From an uncultured Chryseobacterium sp. (GTDB lineage Bacteria; Bacteroidota; Bacteroidia; Flavobacteriales_F; PHOS-HE28): DNA of 64,000 nt. Numbering within the stretch: the stretch's first letter is position 1; each line of letters starts with the position of its first letter. The DNA is taken from assembly GCA_964394425.1 (NCBI GenBank), contig CAYMXP010000003.1, forward strand, positions 20,995 to 84,994, read 5' to 3'. The position numbers and the translations under genes are program-made. Below, one piece after another: positions 18,862 through 28,131 of this stretch. The notes under the pieces are model-generated. The model saw only the letters and a list, made by a program, of their open reading frames with translations, searched no databases and was not told the origin of the DNA.

Positions 18862-21800
18862 TCAGGCGTCCTTGCCGTGGCACTGCTTGTATTTCTTCCC
18901 GCTTCCACAGGGACAGGGATCGTTGCGGCCCACCTTCTTTTCGGTGCGCACCACCTGTTCCACGCGGCGCGGCGGACCTTGCGGGGGTACGGGGCCGCGC
19001 AGTGGCGCGCCACCCGAGGGACGCGGGGCTGCCGCGGTGGAGCGTGTTCCGGCGTATTGCGGCACCTCGGTGCGGCTGGTCTGCAGGCGCTGTTGAGGGG
19101 CGCGCGGGGCCTGGGCCTGTTGCACGTTCGGCTGCTGGGTGGGCAGGCCGGCGCGGGCCAGGAAGGTGATCACCTGCTCATTGATCCGGTCGATCATGGC
19201 CTTGAACAGGTTGAAGCTCTCCAGCTTGTAGATCAGCAGGGGATCCTTCTGCTCGATGGCCGCGTTCTGGACGCTGCGGCGCAGTTCGTCCATTTCACGC
19301 AAGTGCTCCTTCCATTCGTTGTCGATGATCGCCAGGGTGATGTACTTCTCGACGCTGTTCACCAGTTCGCGGCACTCGCTCTTGTAGCTCTTCTCCAGGT
19401 TGGCCACCACCTGCATGGTCTTCATGCCGTCGGTGATGGGCACCACGATGTTCTCGTATTGCGCGCCCTGGTTGAGGTACACGTCGCTGATCACCGGCAG
19501 GGCCTGGCGCGCGGTCTGGGCCATGCGCCGGTCATACGCCGCCAACGCGGCGTCGAACACCCGGTCGGCGATCTCGTTCGCCTTCATCGCCTTGAACTCC
19601 TCCTCGGCCACGGGCGATTCGATGAAGAGCTTGCGGTACAGGTCGAGCTGGAAACCGGCGAAGTCGCTTTCGTCATGGTAGCCGCCCACGATCGCGGTGC
19701 TCACGTCGTTGAACATGCTCAGGATGTCCAGCTTCAGGCGCTCGCCGAAGAGGGCGTGGTGGCGGCGGGTGTAGATCACGGTCCGCTGGCTGTTCATCAC
19801 GTCGTCGTACTCCAGGAGCCGCTTGCGGATGCCGAAGTTGTTCTCCTCCACCTTCTTCTGCGCGCGCTCGATGCTGCGCGTCACCATGCTGTGCTGGATC
19901 ACCTCGCCCTCCTTGAGGCCCAGGGTATCCATCAGCTTCGCGATGCGGTCGCTGCCGAACATGCGCATGAGGTCGTCCTCCAGGCTGATGTAGAACTGCG
20001 AGGAACCCGGATCGCCCTGGCGGCCCGAACGGCCGCGTAACTGGCGGTCCACCCGGCGGCTCTCGTGCTTTTCGGTGCCCACGATGGCCAGCCCCCCGGC
20101 GTCCTTCACGCCGGGCCCCAGTTTGATGTCGGTTCCCCGGCCGGCCATGTTGGTCGCGATGGTGACGGTGCCGGCCTGGCCGGCGTGCAGCACGATCTCC
20201 GCCTCGCGCTGGTGCTGTTTCGCGTTGAGCACGTTGTGGTCGATGTTCTTGCCGGCGAGCATGCGGCTCATCAGCTCGCTCACCTCCACGCTCGTGGTGC
20301 CCACGAGCACGGGGCGGCCGGCTTCCTTGAGCTTCACGATCTCGTCGATCACCGCGCCGTACTTCTCACGCTTGGTCTTGAACACCATGTCCTCGTGATC
20401 GTTCCTGATCACCGGCCGGTTGGTGGGAATGACCATCACGTCCAGCTTGTAGATGTCCCAGAGCTCCTGTGCCTCGGTCTCCGCCGTGCCGGTCATGCCC
20501 GCCAGCTTGTGGTACATGCGGAAGTAGTTCTGCAGGGTGATGGTGGCGTAGGTCTGCGTGGCGGCCTCCACCTTCACCTTTTCCTTGCTTTCGATGGCCT
20601 GGTGCAGGCCGTCGCTGTAACGACGCCCTTCGAGGATCCGCCCGGTCTGCTCGTCCACGATCTTGACCTTGCCGTCCATCACCACGTATTCCACGTCCTT
20701 GTCGTAGAGCGCGTAGGCGCGGATCAGTTGGTTCACGGTATGCACGCGCTCGCTCTTGATGCCGAAATCGCGCAGCAGTTCATCCTTCTGTCGGGCCTTT
20801 TCCTCCAGCGATCCACCGCTCTTTTCGATCTCGGCGATCGCCGCGCCCACGTCGGGCAGGATGAAGAATCGCGGGTCGTTCACGTCGCCGCTGATCAGGT
20901 CCACGCCTTTTTCGGTCAGTTCGATGCCGTGGTGCTTCTCGTCGATCACGAAGAAGAGTTCCTGGTCCACCTTGGGCATCTCCTTGCCCTGGTCCTGCAG
21001 GTAATGGTTCTCGGTCTTTTGCAGCAGCGCCTTCACGCCGGGTTCGCTGAGGAATTTGATCAGGGCGGTGTTCTTGGGAAGACCGCGATGGGCGCGCAAC
21101 AGGGCCATGCCGCCGCGCTCCACTTCCTCCTTTGACGCGGTGCCCGCGTCCAGGCCTTTCAAAGCGTCCTTCGCCTCGGCCAGCAGCTTGGTGACCAGTT
21201 GACGCTGCGCGCCATAAAGCCGCTCCACGCGCGGCTTGTACTCGTCGAACTGGTGGACCTCGCCCTTGGGCGTGGGGCCGCTGATGATCAGCGGGGTGCG
21301 CGCGTCGTCCACCAGCACGCTGTCCACCTCATCCACGATGGCGAAGTGGTGCTTGCGCTGCACCAGCGCGTTGGGCGCATGGGCCATGTTGTCGCGCAGG
21401 TAATCGAAGCCGAACTCGTTGTTGGTGCCGAAGGTGATGTCGGCCAGGTAGGCGTTGCGCCGTTCGGTGCTGTTGGGCTGGTGCTTGTCGATGCAGTCCA
21501 CGCGCAGACCGTGGAACTCGTAGATCGGCCCCATCCACTCACTGTCGCGCTTGCTCAGGTAGTCGTTCACCGTCACCACATGCACGCCCCGGCCGGCCAG
21601 GGCGTTGAGGTATACGGGGAGGGTGGCCACGAGCGTCTTGCCCTCACCGGTGCCCATCTCGGCGATCTTGCCCTGGTGCAGCGCGATGCCGCCGATCAGC
21701 TGCACGTCGTAATGCACCATGTCCCAGGTCACGGGGTTGCCGGCGGCGATCCAGCTGTTCTTCCACACCGCGTCATCCCCGTCGATCACGATGCTTTCAC

Positions 21801-22230
21801 GTTTCGCCGCCAGTTCACGGTCCAGGTCGGTGGCGCGCACGCGCACTTCGCTGTTTTCCTTGAAGCGCCGGGCCGTTTCCTTCACCACGGCGAACGCCTC
21901 GGGAAGCACCTCCAGCAATTCCTTCTCGATCTCCTTCACCATCTCCGCCTCCAGCGCGTCGATCTTCTGGTATCGCTCTTCACGCGCGTGGATGTCCATT
22001 TTCGGATCGGCATCGATCTCCGACCGCAGGGTCTCCACCTGCGCCTGTTCGTCCTTGATCCGCTCGCGGATGCGGGCCTTGAGGTCCAGGGTGCGCTGGC
22101 GCAATTCGTTGTTGGAGATGCCTTCCAGCTTGAGGAACGCATCTTTCACGTGTTCCACCAGGGGCTGGACTTCTTTCAGGTCTCGCTGGCCCTTGTCGCC
22201 GAAGACCTTCTTGATGATGTTGCCGAGCAT
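18862..22230 (-). CDS. secA: preprotein translocase ATPase SecA
   Basis: 1122 aa with DEAD-like motor motifs ([24 protein letters not shown]) and the C-terminal zinc motif [14 protein letters not shown]. Confidence 0.97.
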   Translation of the reverse strand: MLGNIIKKVFGDKGQRDLKEVQPLVEHVKDAFLKLEGISNNELRQRTLDLKARIRERIKDEQAQVETLRSEIDADPKMDIHAREERYQKIDALEAEMVKEIEKELLEVLPEAFAVVKETARRFKENSEVRVRATDLDRELAAKRESIVIDGDDAVWKNSWIAAGNPVTWDMVHYDVQLIGGIALHQGKIAEMGTGEGKTLVATLPVYLNALAGRGVHVVTVNDYLSKRDSEWMGPIYEFHGLRVDCIDKHQPNSTERRNAYLADITFGTNNEFGFDYLRDNMAHAPNALVQRKHHFAIVDEVDSVLVDDARTPLIISGPTPKGEVHQFDEYKPRVERLYGAQRQLVTKLLAEAKDALKGLDAGTASKEEVERGGMALLRAHRGLPKNTALIKFLSEPGVKALLQKTENHYLQDQGKEMPKVDQELFFVIDEKHHGIELTEKGVDLISGDVNDPRFFILPDVGAAIAEIEKSGGSLEEKARQKDELLRDFGIKSERVHTVNQLIRAYALYDKDVEYVVMDGKVKIVDEQTGRILEGRRYSDGLHQAIESKEKVKVEAATQTYATITLQNYFRMYHKLAGMTGTAETEAQELWDIYKLDVMVIPTNRPVIRNDHEDMVFKTKREKYGAVIDEIVKLKEAGRPVLVGTTSVEVSELMSRMLAGKNIDHNVLNAKQHQREAEIVLHAGQAGTVTIATNMAGRGTDIKLGPGVKDAGGLAIVGTEKHESRRVDRQLRGRSGRQGDPGSSQFYISLEDDLMRMFGSDRIAKLMDTLGLKEGEVIQHSMVTRSIERAQKKVEENNFGIRKRLLEYDDVMNSQRTVIYTRRHHALFGERLKLDILSMFNDVSTAIVGGYHDESDFAGFQLDLYRKLFIESPVAEEEFKAMKANEIADRVFDAALAAYDRRMAQTARQALPVISDVYLNQGAQYENIVVPITDGMKTMQVVANLEKSYKSECRELVNSVEKYITLAIIDNEWKEHLREMDELRRSVQNAAIEQKDPLLIYKLESFNLFKAMIDRINEQVITFLARAGLPTQQPNVQQAQAPRAPQQRLQTSRTEVPQYAGTRSTAAAPRPSGGAPLRGPVPPQGPPRRVEQVVRTEKKVGRNDPCPCGSGKKYKQCHGKDA

Positions 22231-22299
22231 GCGGAGGCTGGATGTGGGACGGGTCGGGCGATCAGCCGCTCGGGGCGCCCCGTATCATTTTAAGGGCGC

Positions 22300-22307
22300 C
22301 AAAGGTA
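22300..22307 (-). promoter_or_regulatory. candidate -7 promoter box TACCTTTG for secA
   Basis: The minus strand reads GGCTACCTTTGGCGCCCTTAA, nearly identical to the box context upstream of tRNA-Val. It lies ~70 nt upstream of the secA ATG. Confidence 0.5.
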
Positions 22308-22394
22308 GCCGGGTGCGGGGAGCGTGGACCCGGCCGCTGGAGAACCGCTGGCGGCCCGTCAGCCGGCGACGGATGGCACGGAACGTCGCGCCGT

Positions 22395-22616
22395 TCAGTA
22401 TTCGTCCTCGTTGAAGAAGAAATCCTCCTTGGAAGGATAGTCCGGCCAGATGTCCTCGATCGATTCGAAGACCTCCTCGTCGTCTTCGATGGCCTGCAGG
22501 TTCTCCACCACTTCGAGCGGAGCACCGGTGCGCATGGCGAAATCGATCAGCTCATCCTTGGTCGCGGGCCACGGTGCATCCTCCAGATACGAGGCCAGTT
22601 CGAGCGTCCAATACAT
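22395..22616 (-). CDS. DUF2795-like small protein (73 aa)
   Basis: ATG 22616 gives MYWTLELASYLEDAPWPATKDELIDFAMRTGAPLEVVENL, which resembles the DUF2795 pattern. The track start at 22652 is TTG and falls inside the candidate promoter. Confidence 0.65.
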   Translation of the reverse strand: MYWTLELASYLEDAPWPATKDELIDFAMRTGAPLEVVENLQAIEDDEEVFESIEDIWPDYPSKEDFFFNEDEY

Positions 22617-22649
22617 CTGCGCCGGGTGGGGGGTCCGTGAATAAGGGCG

Positions 22650-22657
22650 CAAATATA
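22650..22657 (-). promoter_or_regulatory. candidate -7 promoter box TATATTTG
   Basis: The minus strand reads GTCTATATTTGCGCCCTTATT. It lies 34 nt upstream of ATG 22616. Confidence 0.45.
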
Positions 22658-22740
22658 GACGGGGACCGATCCGTGCAACATCGATCTTTCAACGGGTGTT
22701 GATCGCGCGCGCACTTACGGGCACAAGGCTTTGCGGAGCA

Positions 22741-23286
22741 TCACGCGTTGCGCGGCCACCGCGCCTCCGGGACCTTCATCACGTGATGCAGATGGCGCGC
22801 GATCATGAAGAGCAGGTCGCTCAACCGGTTGAGGTAACGCACGTGGAGCGGATCCACGACCTGTTGGCCGGCGAGGGTCACCACCCGTCGTTCCGCGCGC
22901 CGGCACACGGTACGGCAGATGTGTGCCTGGGAGATGGCCGCATGGCCGCCGGGAAGGATGAAGTGGCGCATGGGTGGCAACGCCGTGTCCATGCCATCCA
23001 TGGCCTGCTCCAGGGCATCCACATCGGATCCCTGCACGGGAGGGATCTTGAAGCGCGAGGGGTCCGCTTCGCCCGCGGCGAGCAACGAACCGATGCTGAA
23101 CAGCCTGTCCTGCACCGTGGCGATGAGATCGGCGTGCCCCGGTGCCAGGTCGCGGAGCATGCCCAGATGCGCGTTCAATTCATCGATGCTGCCATAGGCT
23201 TCGATCCGCGGATCGTCCTTCGGCACGCGAACGCCGCCCAGCAGGCCGGTCTGCCCTTTGTCGCCGGTGCGGGTGTAGATCTTCAT
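22741..23286 (-). CDS. PduO-type ATP:cob(I)alamin adenosyltransferase
   Basis: The N-terminus MKIYTRTGDKGQTGL from ATG 23286 is the family signature; ~181 aa. Confidence 0.85.
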   Translation of the reverse strand: MKIYTRTGDKGQTGLLGGVRVPKDDPRIEAYGSIDELNAHLGMLRDLAPGHADLIATVQDRLFSIGSLLAAGEADPSRFKIPPVQGSDVDALEQAMDGMDTALPPMRHFILPGGHAAISQAHICRTVCRRAERRVVTLAGQQVVDPLHVRYLNRLSDLLFMIARHLHHVMKVPEARWPRNA

Positions 23287-23342
23287 GCGGGGCAAAGGTC
23301 ATCGAGGGAGCGCATTGGACAAGCGGTGGCTTCGCGGCCCGG

Positions 23343-24176
23343 TCAATGGCGGAGCCGGAAGTGCTGCCGTGCCTGTTCGGTCCTAAGGAAAACCAGGCCC
23401 ATGTGGAAGAGGTCGATGGTGATCGTGACACGGGGATGGCCTTTGATGGCGTCCCAGGCCTCTTCCATGCCCCGGCTCCAATGGATGTCGTCGAGGATGA
23501 GAACGGTGCCGTTGTGCGCGCGGGTGAGGCACTGTTCGAAGTAATCCAGCGTGGGTTCCTTCAGATGATGGCCGTCGATGAAGACCATGTCCAGGCTCGG
23601 CGTGCGCTGAAGCACCTCGGGCAGCCGTGACCGGAAACTGCCCAGCAACGGCTCGATGTTGGCACGGCCTGCACGTTCGAAATGGTGCCGTGCGATGCGG
23701 TGGGTCTGGGGACACCCTTCGATGGTGATCACCCGCCCGTTCTCGGCACCAAGCGCCAGGTACAGGGTGGAGATGCCGAACGAGGTGCCCAGTTCAAGCA
23801 CCGTGGCCGGATCGAAATGGCGCGCCAGGCGGAAAAGCATCTGACCCTGCCTGGGTCCTTTGAGCGAGGTGCGGGCCATGTCGCTCACGCGGCGTACCGG
23901 AAGGTCCAGCACGCGGGAACCGGCCCCCAGGTCGTTCACGCGAATGGTCTGGTCACTGTCCAGCAGATCCTCACGCAGGCGCTCGATGGGGGCGAACTCC
24001 TCATGCGGTCCGCTGGCGCGCAGCACACCTTCGATCAGGTCGAAGACGAACGGAGAATGCACCGCGTGCCGTGAGCGGGCACTGACCAGATGGCTCATCC
24101 AGCTTCCGATGCGCGACAGGGTCTCGGCCATGATCCCTCCGTTGGGCGCGGCGAAAATACCGGTGGCATGGGGCAT
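23343..24176 (-). CDS. class I SAM-dependent methyltransferase
   Basis: SAM-binding motif VLELGTSFGISTLYLA and VFIDGHH. An alternative start is ATG 24131. Confidence 0.7.
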   Translation of the reverse strand: MPHATGIFAAPNGGIMAETLSRIGSWMSHLVSARSRHAVHSPFVFDLIEGVLRASGPHEEFAPIERLREDLLDSDQTIRVNDLGAGSRVLDLPVRRVSDMARTSLKGPRQGQMLFRLARHFDPATVLELGTSFGISTLYLALGAENGRVITIEGCPQTHRIARHHFERAGRANIEPLLGSFRSRLPEVLQRTPSLDMVFIDGHHLKEPTLDYFEQCLTRAHNGTVLILDDIHWSRGMEEAWDAIKGHPRVTITIDLFHMGLVFLRTEQARQHFRLRH

Positions 24177-24235
24177 GGAACATCCCTTTCTTGCGGCCTT
24201 TCGACCGGGGATCGTTCGTTATGGACCCGTCGGCC

Positions 24236-24397
24236 TCAGCCGATCACCTTCGCCTTGGGGTAGCGCTCCTTCCAGAAGGCGAACATCTTCATGCTCGCCA
24301 GGGTGATGATGGTGCGATGGTCCAGCTGGACGCGGATCGCCTTGAGGCCTTCCTTGACCGGCTGGGTAAGGATCAGTTGTTTCTTCCTTCTGCTCAT
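24236..24397 (-). CDS. possible small protein, 53 aa (absent from the supplied ORF track, which lists nothing under 60 aa)
   Basis: My own translation gives MSRRKKQLILTQPVKEGLKAIRVQLDHRTIITLASMKMFAFWKERYPKAKVIG* from ATG 24397 to TGA 24236-24238. The third-position G/C bias is strong, like real genes here. The 64-aa track ORF on the same stretch, in another frame, looks non-coding. Confidence 0.35.
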   Translation of the reverse strand: MSRRKKQLILTQPVKEGLKAIRVQLDHRTIITLASMKMFAFWKERYPKAKVIG

Positions 24398-24572
24398 GGT
24401 CTTGCAACTTCAACGGGCATTTGACTTATCAAGTTCCGCGGGGATCCGATCGGCGGTCCATCCGGCGAACGTCAGTTAGACGCGCATAGTTTGCCCCGGG
24501 GCCATCCCGGCCGTTGAACTTCACAACCTTTAACAGCGTGGCAGCGGGCGGCAGGGTGGTTCAACCTCCGGC

Positions 24573-24580
24573 TATCTTTG
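24573..24580 (+). promoter_or_regulatory. candidate -7 promoter box TATCTTTG for tRNA-Val(TAC)
   Basis: GGCTATCTTTGGCGCCCTTTCCCC. The box ends 14 nt before the mature tRNA 5' end. Confidence 0.55.
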
Positions 24581-24593
24581 GCGCCCTTTCCCC

Positions 24594-24668
24594 GGAAGCA
24601 TAGCTCAGCTGGTTCAGAGCATCTGCCTTACAAGCAGAGGGTCACTGGTTCGAATCCAGTTGCTTCCA
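24594..24668 (+). tRNA. tRNA-Val, anticodon TAC
   Basis: Hand-folded cloverleaf: acceptor GGAAGCA/TGCTTCC, D stem GCTC/GAGC, anticodon stem TCTGC/GCAGA with loop CTTACAA, T arm ACTGG-TTCGAAT-CCAGT. 75 nt; CCA not encoded. Confidence 0.92.
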
Positions 24669-24714
24669 CTTCGTCCGTCGGGACCTGGGGCGAAGGCGGG
24701 CATGGTGTTCTTTC

Positions 24715-24722
24715 TACTTTCG
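24715..24722 (+). promoter_or_regulatory. candidate -7 promoter box variant TACTTTCG for tRNA-Val(CAC)
   Basis: TAnnTTCG followed by CGCGCC. The spacing to the tRNA 5' end is 14 nt, identical to the first tRNA promoter. Confidence 0.45.
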
Positions 24723-24735
24723 CGCGCCGTCATCC

Positions 24736-24810
24736 GGGACGCTAGCTCAGCTGGTTCAGAGCGCATGCTTCACACGCATGAGGTCACTGGTTCGACTCCA
24801 GTGCGTCCCA
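24736..24810 (+). tRNA. tRNA-Val, anticodon CAC
   Basis: Hand-folded cloverleaf: acceptor GGGACGC/GCGTCCC, anticodon stem CATGC/GCATG with loop TTCACAC, T arm ACTGG-TTCGACT-CCAGT. 75 nt, followed by an encoded CCA (24811-24813). Confidence 0.92.
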
Positions 24811-24813
24811 CCA

Positions 24814-24832
24814 AGCCCCGCAAGGGGCTTTT
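24814..24832 (+). terminator. intrinsic terminator after the tRNA pair
   Basis: AGCCCC-GCAA-GGGGCT stem-loop followed by a TTTT run. Confidence 0.7.
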
Positions 24833-24837
24833 GCGCG

Positions 24838-26052
24838 CTATAGCACCTCGGCCACCACGAACACGCTGCCGGTGACCAGGACCAGGTCGCGCGGGCCTGC
24901 GCCGGCGATCGCCGCCTCGAAGGCCTCCTTCACGCCGGGGAACGCATATCCCTTCAGCCCGGCCGTCGTGGCACGCTGCAGGAGCTCGCTCGTCTCAAGA
25001 CCCCGGGGGATATCGGCTTTGCAGAAGTAGTACGCCGCTCCAGGGGGCAGTCGCGCGAGCATCCGACCGATCTCCTTGTCGTTCACGGTGCCCAGAACGA
25101 TGTGCAGGCGTTCATGCGGCGTTCGTGCGAGTTGCGATCCCACGGTCCGGAGCCCGTCCTCGTTGTGGGCCACATCGACCACCACCAGTGGGTCGGTCCC
25201 AAGGACTTCCCAGCGCCCGCGCAGGCCGGTGTTGGCCACCACATGAGCCAGGCCACGGGCGATGTGCTGATCGGTGATCCCCCAGGCGGGGCCCAGGTGG
25301 CGGAGCGCCGCGGTCGCCGTGCGTGCATTACGCTTTTGATGCTCCCCGTGCAGGTCGAGGGGGAAGGGGAATTCGGCGGCGTGGTCCACCTGCACGAGCG
25401 GAGCATTCTCCGATGTGGCCCTGGAACGAAATACCTCCGCCACCGCGCCATCGGCCTCCCCGACCACCACCGGCACGCCGGGTTTGATGATCCCCGCCTT
25501 CTCCACCGCGATCTTTTCCAGCGTATCGCCCAGCAGATCGGCATGGTCCCAGCCGATGTTGGTGATCACGCTCACTTCCGGGGTGATCACGTTGGTGCTG
25601 TCCAGCCGTCCGCCAAGGCCGGTCTCGATCACGGCGATGTCCACCTTCTCCGATCGGAACCAGTGAAATGCCAGCGCAACGGTCCATTCAAAAAAGGAAG
25701 GGGCGATCGCTTCAAAGCGCCGGCGGTGTTCCCGCACGAAGCGGGTGACCACCGCCTCCTCGATCATCGACCCGTTGATCTTGATCCGTTCACGGAAGTC
25801 CTTCAGGTGCGGCGAGGTGTACAGGCCGGTCCTGGAACCGGCTTCCTGCAAGACGCTGGCGATCATGTGGCTGGTGCTGCCCTTGCCGTTGGTGCCGGCC
25901 ACATGCACGCAACGCAGGCCCCGTTCAGGGTGGCCGAGCGCATCCATCAGGGCCAGCGTGTTCCTCAGGTCGGCCTTGTAGGCGGCTTTGCCGATGCGAT
26001 GGAACATGGGCAACCGCGCGTAGAGGTACGCGAGCGCCTCTGGATAGGTCAC
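24838..26052 (-). CDS. folC: bifunctional folylpolyglutamate synthase / dihydrofolate synthase
   Basis: Mur-ligase-type P-loop HVAGTNGKGST; 404 aa. Confidence 0.9.
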   Translation of the reverse strand: MTYPEALAYLYARLPMFHRIGKAAYKADLRNTLALMDALGHPERGLRCVHVAGTNGKGSTSHMIASVLQEAGSRTGLYTSPHLKDFRERIKINGSMIEEAVVTRFVREHRRRFEAIAPSFFEWTVALAFHWFRSEKVDIAVIETGLGGRLDSTNVITPEVSVITNIGWDHADLLGDTLEKIAVEKAGIIKPGVPVVVGEADGAVAEVFRSRATSENAPLVQVDHAAEFPFPLDLHGEHQKRNARTATAALRHLGPAWGITDQHIARGLAHVVANTGLRGRWEVLGTDPLVVVDVAHNEDGLRTVGSQLARTPHERLHIVLGTVNDKEIGRMLARLPPGAAYYFCKADIPRGLETSELLQRATTAGLKGYAFPGVKEAFEAAIAGAGPRDLVLVTGSVFVVAEVL

Positions 26053-26054
26053 GG

Positions 26055-26861
26055 CTATTCCAGGATGAAGATGAAGGTCATCTCGCCCTTCTGCTCGGCG
26101 GCGGCCCCGGGCTTCGAGTAGAAGGAGCTCGCCATGGCCGCACGCTTGGCGATGTCAACGAGCCCTTGATCGGTGGTGGTGCTCTTGCCCGAGTTCCAGA
26201 CGGCACGGACCACCTTGCCTTCGGGATCCACGAAAATGTCGAGCACCACCTTGCCGGCTTTGTCCGGCTTGTCGTCGATCACCGGTCGCTTCCTGATGGT
26301 GCGGCCGGCGAGGTTCACGTCCCAGCCGGGGCCATGGAAGGTGCCCGTGCCCGTGCCGGTGCCTGCGCCATCGCCCCCGGGCTGGCCATCGGGCCGCCCC
26401 ACATTGCCGGGTTGATCGGAATTCCCCTGGCCCTCACCACCACCCTTCTGGTCCCACGCCCCCAGGGCCCGTTGCAATTCCTTGCTGATCGTCGGCTCGG
26501 TCACCTTCACGGGCTCGGGCTTTTTCGGCTTGTCGGGTCGGGGCGTTTTCGGATCGGGGGCGCTCACGGCCACTTCGTCGGTCTCTTCGGTCATCACGGC
26601 ATCCTCCTGCACCGTGGGCGGGGCGGCCGCTTGTTCCGTGGGTGCCGGCTCCATGTTGTCCGGGTTATCGCCCATGCCCAGCTCGCTGAAGCCGATGTCC
26701 ACGACCATGCCCATGCCACCGCCTTCGGCGAAGGGGGGAATGGGCGTGAGGATCTTCCAGAGAACGATGAACAGGATGAGCACCGCATGCAGCAGCAGGC
26801 TGATGCCCATGGCCAGCGTCCGGCGTTGGGTGGTGTTCTCCGCGGTCGCTGCGTAGGCCAT
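26055..26861 (-). CDS. tonB: energy transducer TonB family protein
   Basis: N-terminal TM helix, a Pro/Glu/Lys-rich spacer (PKTPRPDKPKKPEPVKV) and a TonB_C-like C-terminus. It follows exbB-exbD. Confidence 0.75.
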   Translation of the reverse strand: MAYAATAENTTQRRTLAMGISLLLHAVLILFIVLWKILTPIPPFAEGGGMGMVVDIGFSELGMGDNPDNMEPAPTEQAAAPPTVQEDAVMTEETDEVAVSAPDPKTPRPDKPKKPEPVKVTEPTISKELQRALGAWDQKGGGEGQGNSDQPGNVGRPDGQPGGDGAGTGTGTGTFHGPGWDVNLAGRTIRKRPVIDDKPDKAGKVVLDIFVDPEGKVVRAVWNSGKSTTTDQGLVDIAKRAAMASSFYSKPGAAAEQKGEMTFIFILE

Positions 26862-26862
26862 T

Positions 26863-27264
26863 TCAGGCGTTGGACGGCTTGGTGGCCAGGATCATCTTCA
26901 CCTTGATCTGGTTGCCGATCGTGAGCACGTCGACCAGATCCTGTACCGTGAGGGACTGCTCGAAGCGCAGCACCACCGTGGGCTGGTCCAGGCCCGCCAC
27001 CGCCTCGGTGATGGCGGCGGGAAGGTCCTCGAAGATCACCGGCGTGGTATTGAGGAAGTACTGGTGGTCGCTGGTCACCGAGAGGGTCACCTGCTGCTTG
27101 TTCACCTGGGCGGTCTGCTTGCTGTTGGGCAGCAGGAGCTTGATCACGTTGGGGTTGGCCAGGGTGGAGACGATCAGGAAGAACAGCAACAGGAAGAACA
27201 TGATGTCGTTGAGCGACTCGGTGCTCACCTCGGCGAGTTCGTTGCGTTTGCGGCGCAGCTGCAT
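26863..27264 (-). CDS. exbD: ExbD/TolR biopolymer transport protein
   Basis: 133 aa. A single TM helix (LNDIMFFLLLFFLIV) precedes a periplasmic domain. Confidence 0.9.
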   Translation of the reverse strand: MQLRRKRNELAEVSTESLNDIMFFLLLFFLIVSTLANPNVIKLLLPNSKQTAQVNKQQVTLSVTSDHQYFLNTTPVIFEDLPAAITEAVAGLDQPTVVLRFEQSLTVQDLVDVLTIGNQIKVKMILATKPSNA

Positions 27265-27266
27265 GG

Positions 27267-27986
27267 CTACTTGGCGGGTTCGTGCAACAGGTCGATGAAG
27301 TCCAGGCTGGCCGTCTCCATCTTGGCCACCGCGCGGTTCACCATGGTGTTCACCACGTAGTAGCAGATGAAGGCGGCGATGCCCACGATCAGTCCCGCGG
27401 CGGAGGTGACCATCTTCTGGTACAGGCCGCCGGAGATCACCCCGATGCTGATGTTGTCGGTGAGGGAGATGTCGTAAAAGATCTTGATCACCCCGATGAT
27501 CGTACCGATGAAGCCGAACATGGGCGCAAGCTTGGCCACCAGGGTGAGGAAGCCCATGCCTTTTTCCAGCTTGAACACCTCCTGCTTGCCCACGCTCTCC
27601 ATGGCCAGTTCGATCTCCTTCACCGGCTTGTCCAGCCGCTGCAGTCCCTTCTCGATGATCCGGCTGATCGCGGTGTTCGACGAGGAGCAGAGCGCGCGCG
27701 CCGAATCGGTCTTGCCCGAGTGCATGTAGTCGCGCAGCTTGTTCATGAAGTCACGGTCCTCGTGCATGGCGCGGCGCAGGGCCAGCAGGCGGTCGATCAG
27801 GATGTACACGGTGATCAGGCTCATGAGGAAGAGCGGCCCCATGATGCCCCAGCCGCCATAGCTGATCAATTTCCAGATGGTGATCGTGTCCTGGGAGGCC
27901 GTCGGTCCGGCACTGCTCACCTGTTCGAGCACCTGGCGGATCGAATCGGTGGTCTGCTGGAACTGGGCGATGAGGTCAATGTGCAT
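27267..27986 (-). CDS. exbB: MotA/TolQ/ExbB proton channel protein
   Basis: Three TM segments and the conserved C-terminal block LAPMFGFIGTIIGVI...GLIVGI. Confidence 0.9.
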   Translation of the reverse strand: MHIDLIAQFQQTTDSIRQVLEQVSSAGPTASQDTITIWKLISYGGWGIMGPLFLMSLITVYILIDRLLALRRAMHEDRDFMNKLRDYMHSGKTDSARALCSSSNTAISRIIEKGLQRLDKPVKEIELAMESVGKQEVFKLEKGMGFLTLVAKLAPMFGFIGTIIGVIKIFYDISLTDNISIGVISGGLYQKMVTSAAGLIVGIAAFICYYVVNTMVNRAVAKMETASLDFIDLLHEPAK

Positions 27987-28023
27987 GGGATGGTCGCGTT
28001 GCTATGTGGAACGGACCGCCTCG

Positions 28024-28039
28024 CGGGAAAATTTTCCCG
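28024..28039. promoter_or_regulatory. perfect 16-nt palindrome CGGGAAAATTTTCCCG in the exbB leader
   Basis: Lies between the candidate -7 box (28068-28075) and the exbB ATG (27986). It could be an operator or an RNA hairpin. Confidence 0.35.
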
Positions 28040-28067
28040 TTGGCCGAGCACGTTCCTTGGTGTGGAT

Positions 28068-28075
28068 CAAAAGTA
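28068..28075 (-). promoter_or_regulatory. candidate -7 promoter box TACTTTTG for the exbB-exbD-tonB-folC operon
   Basis: Exact TAnnTTTG match on the minus strand, 82 nt upstream of the exbB ATG. Confidence 0.4.
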
Positions 28076-28131
28076 CCGGCGGCCGATGCCGTGCTCTTCC
28101 CCGGGGAACGGGGTTTTCCATGCCCCGCCTG

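Noticed and set aside
22251-22265. 15-nt exact match (GGGTCGGGCGATCAG) between the secA leader and the region 5' of cargo paralog B (61477-61491)
   Set aside because: A handful of exact 15-mers are expected by chance in 64 kb of GC-biased sequence on both strands, and no extended similarity surrounds it.
24594-24832. Tandem tRNA-Val genes as a possible genomic-island integration site
   Set aside because: There is no integrase, no direct repeat of a tRNA 3' end, and no compositional break on either side. The flanking genes are housekeeping.
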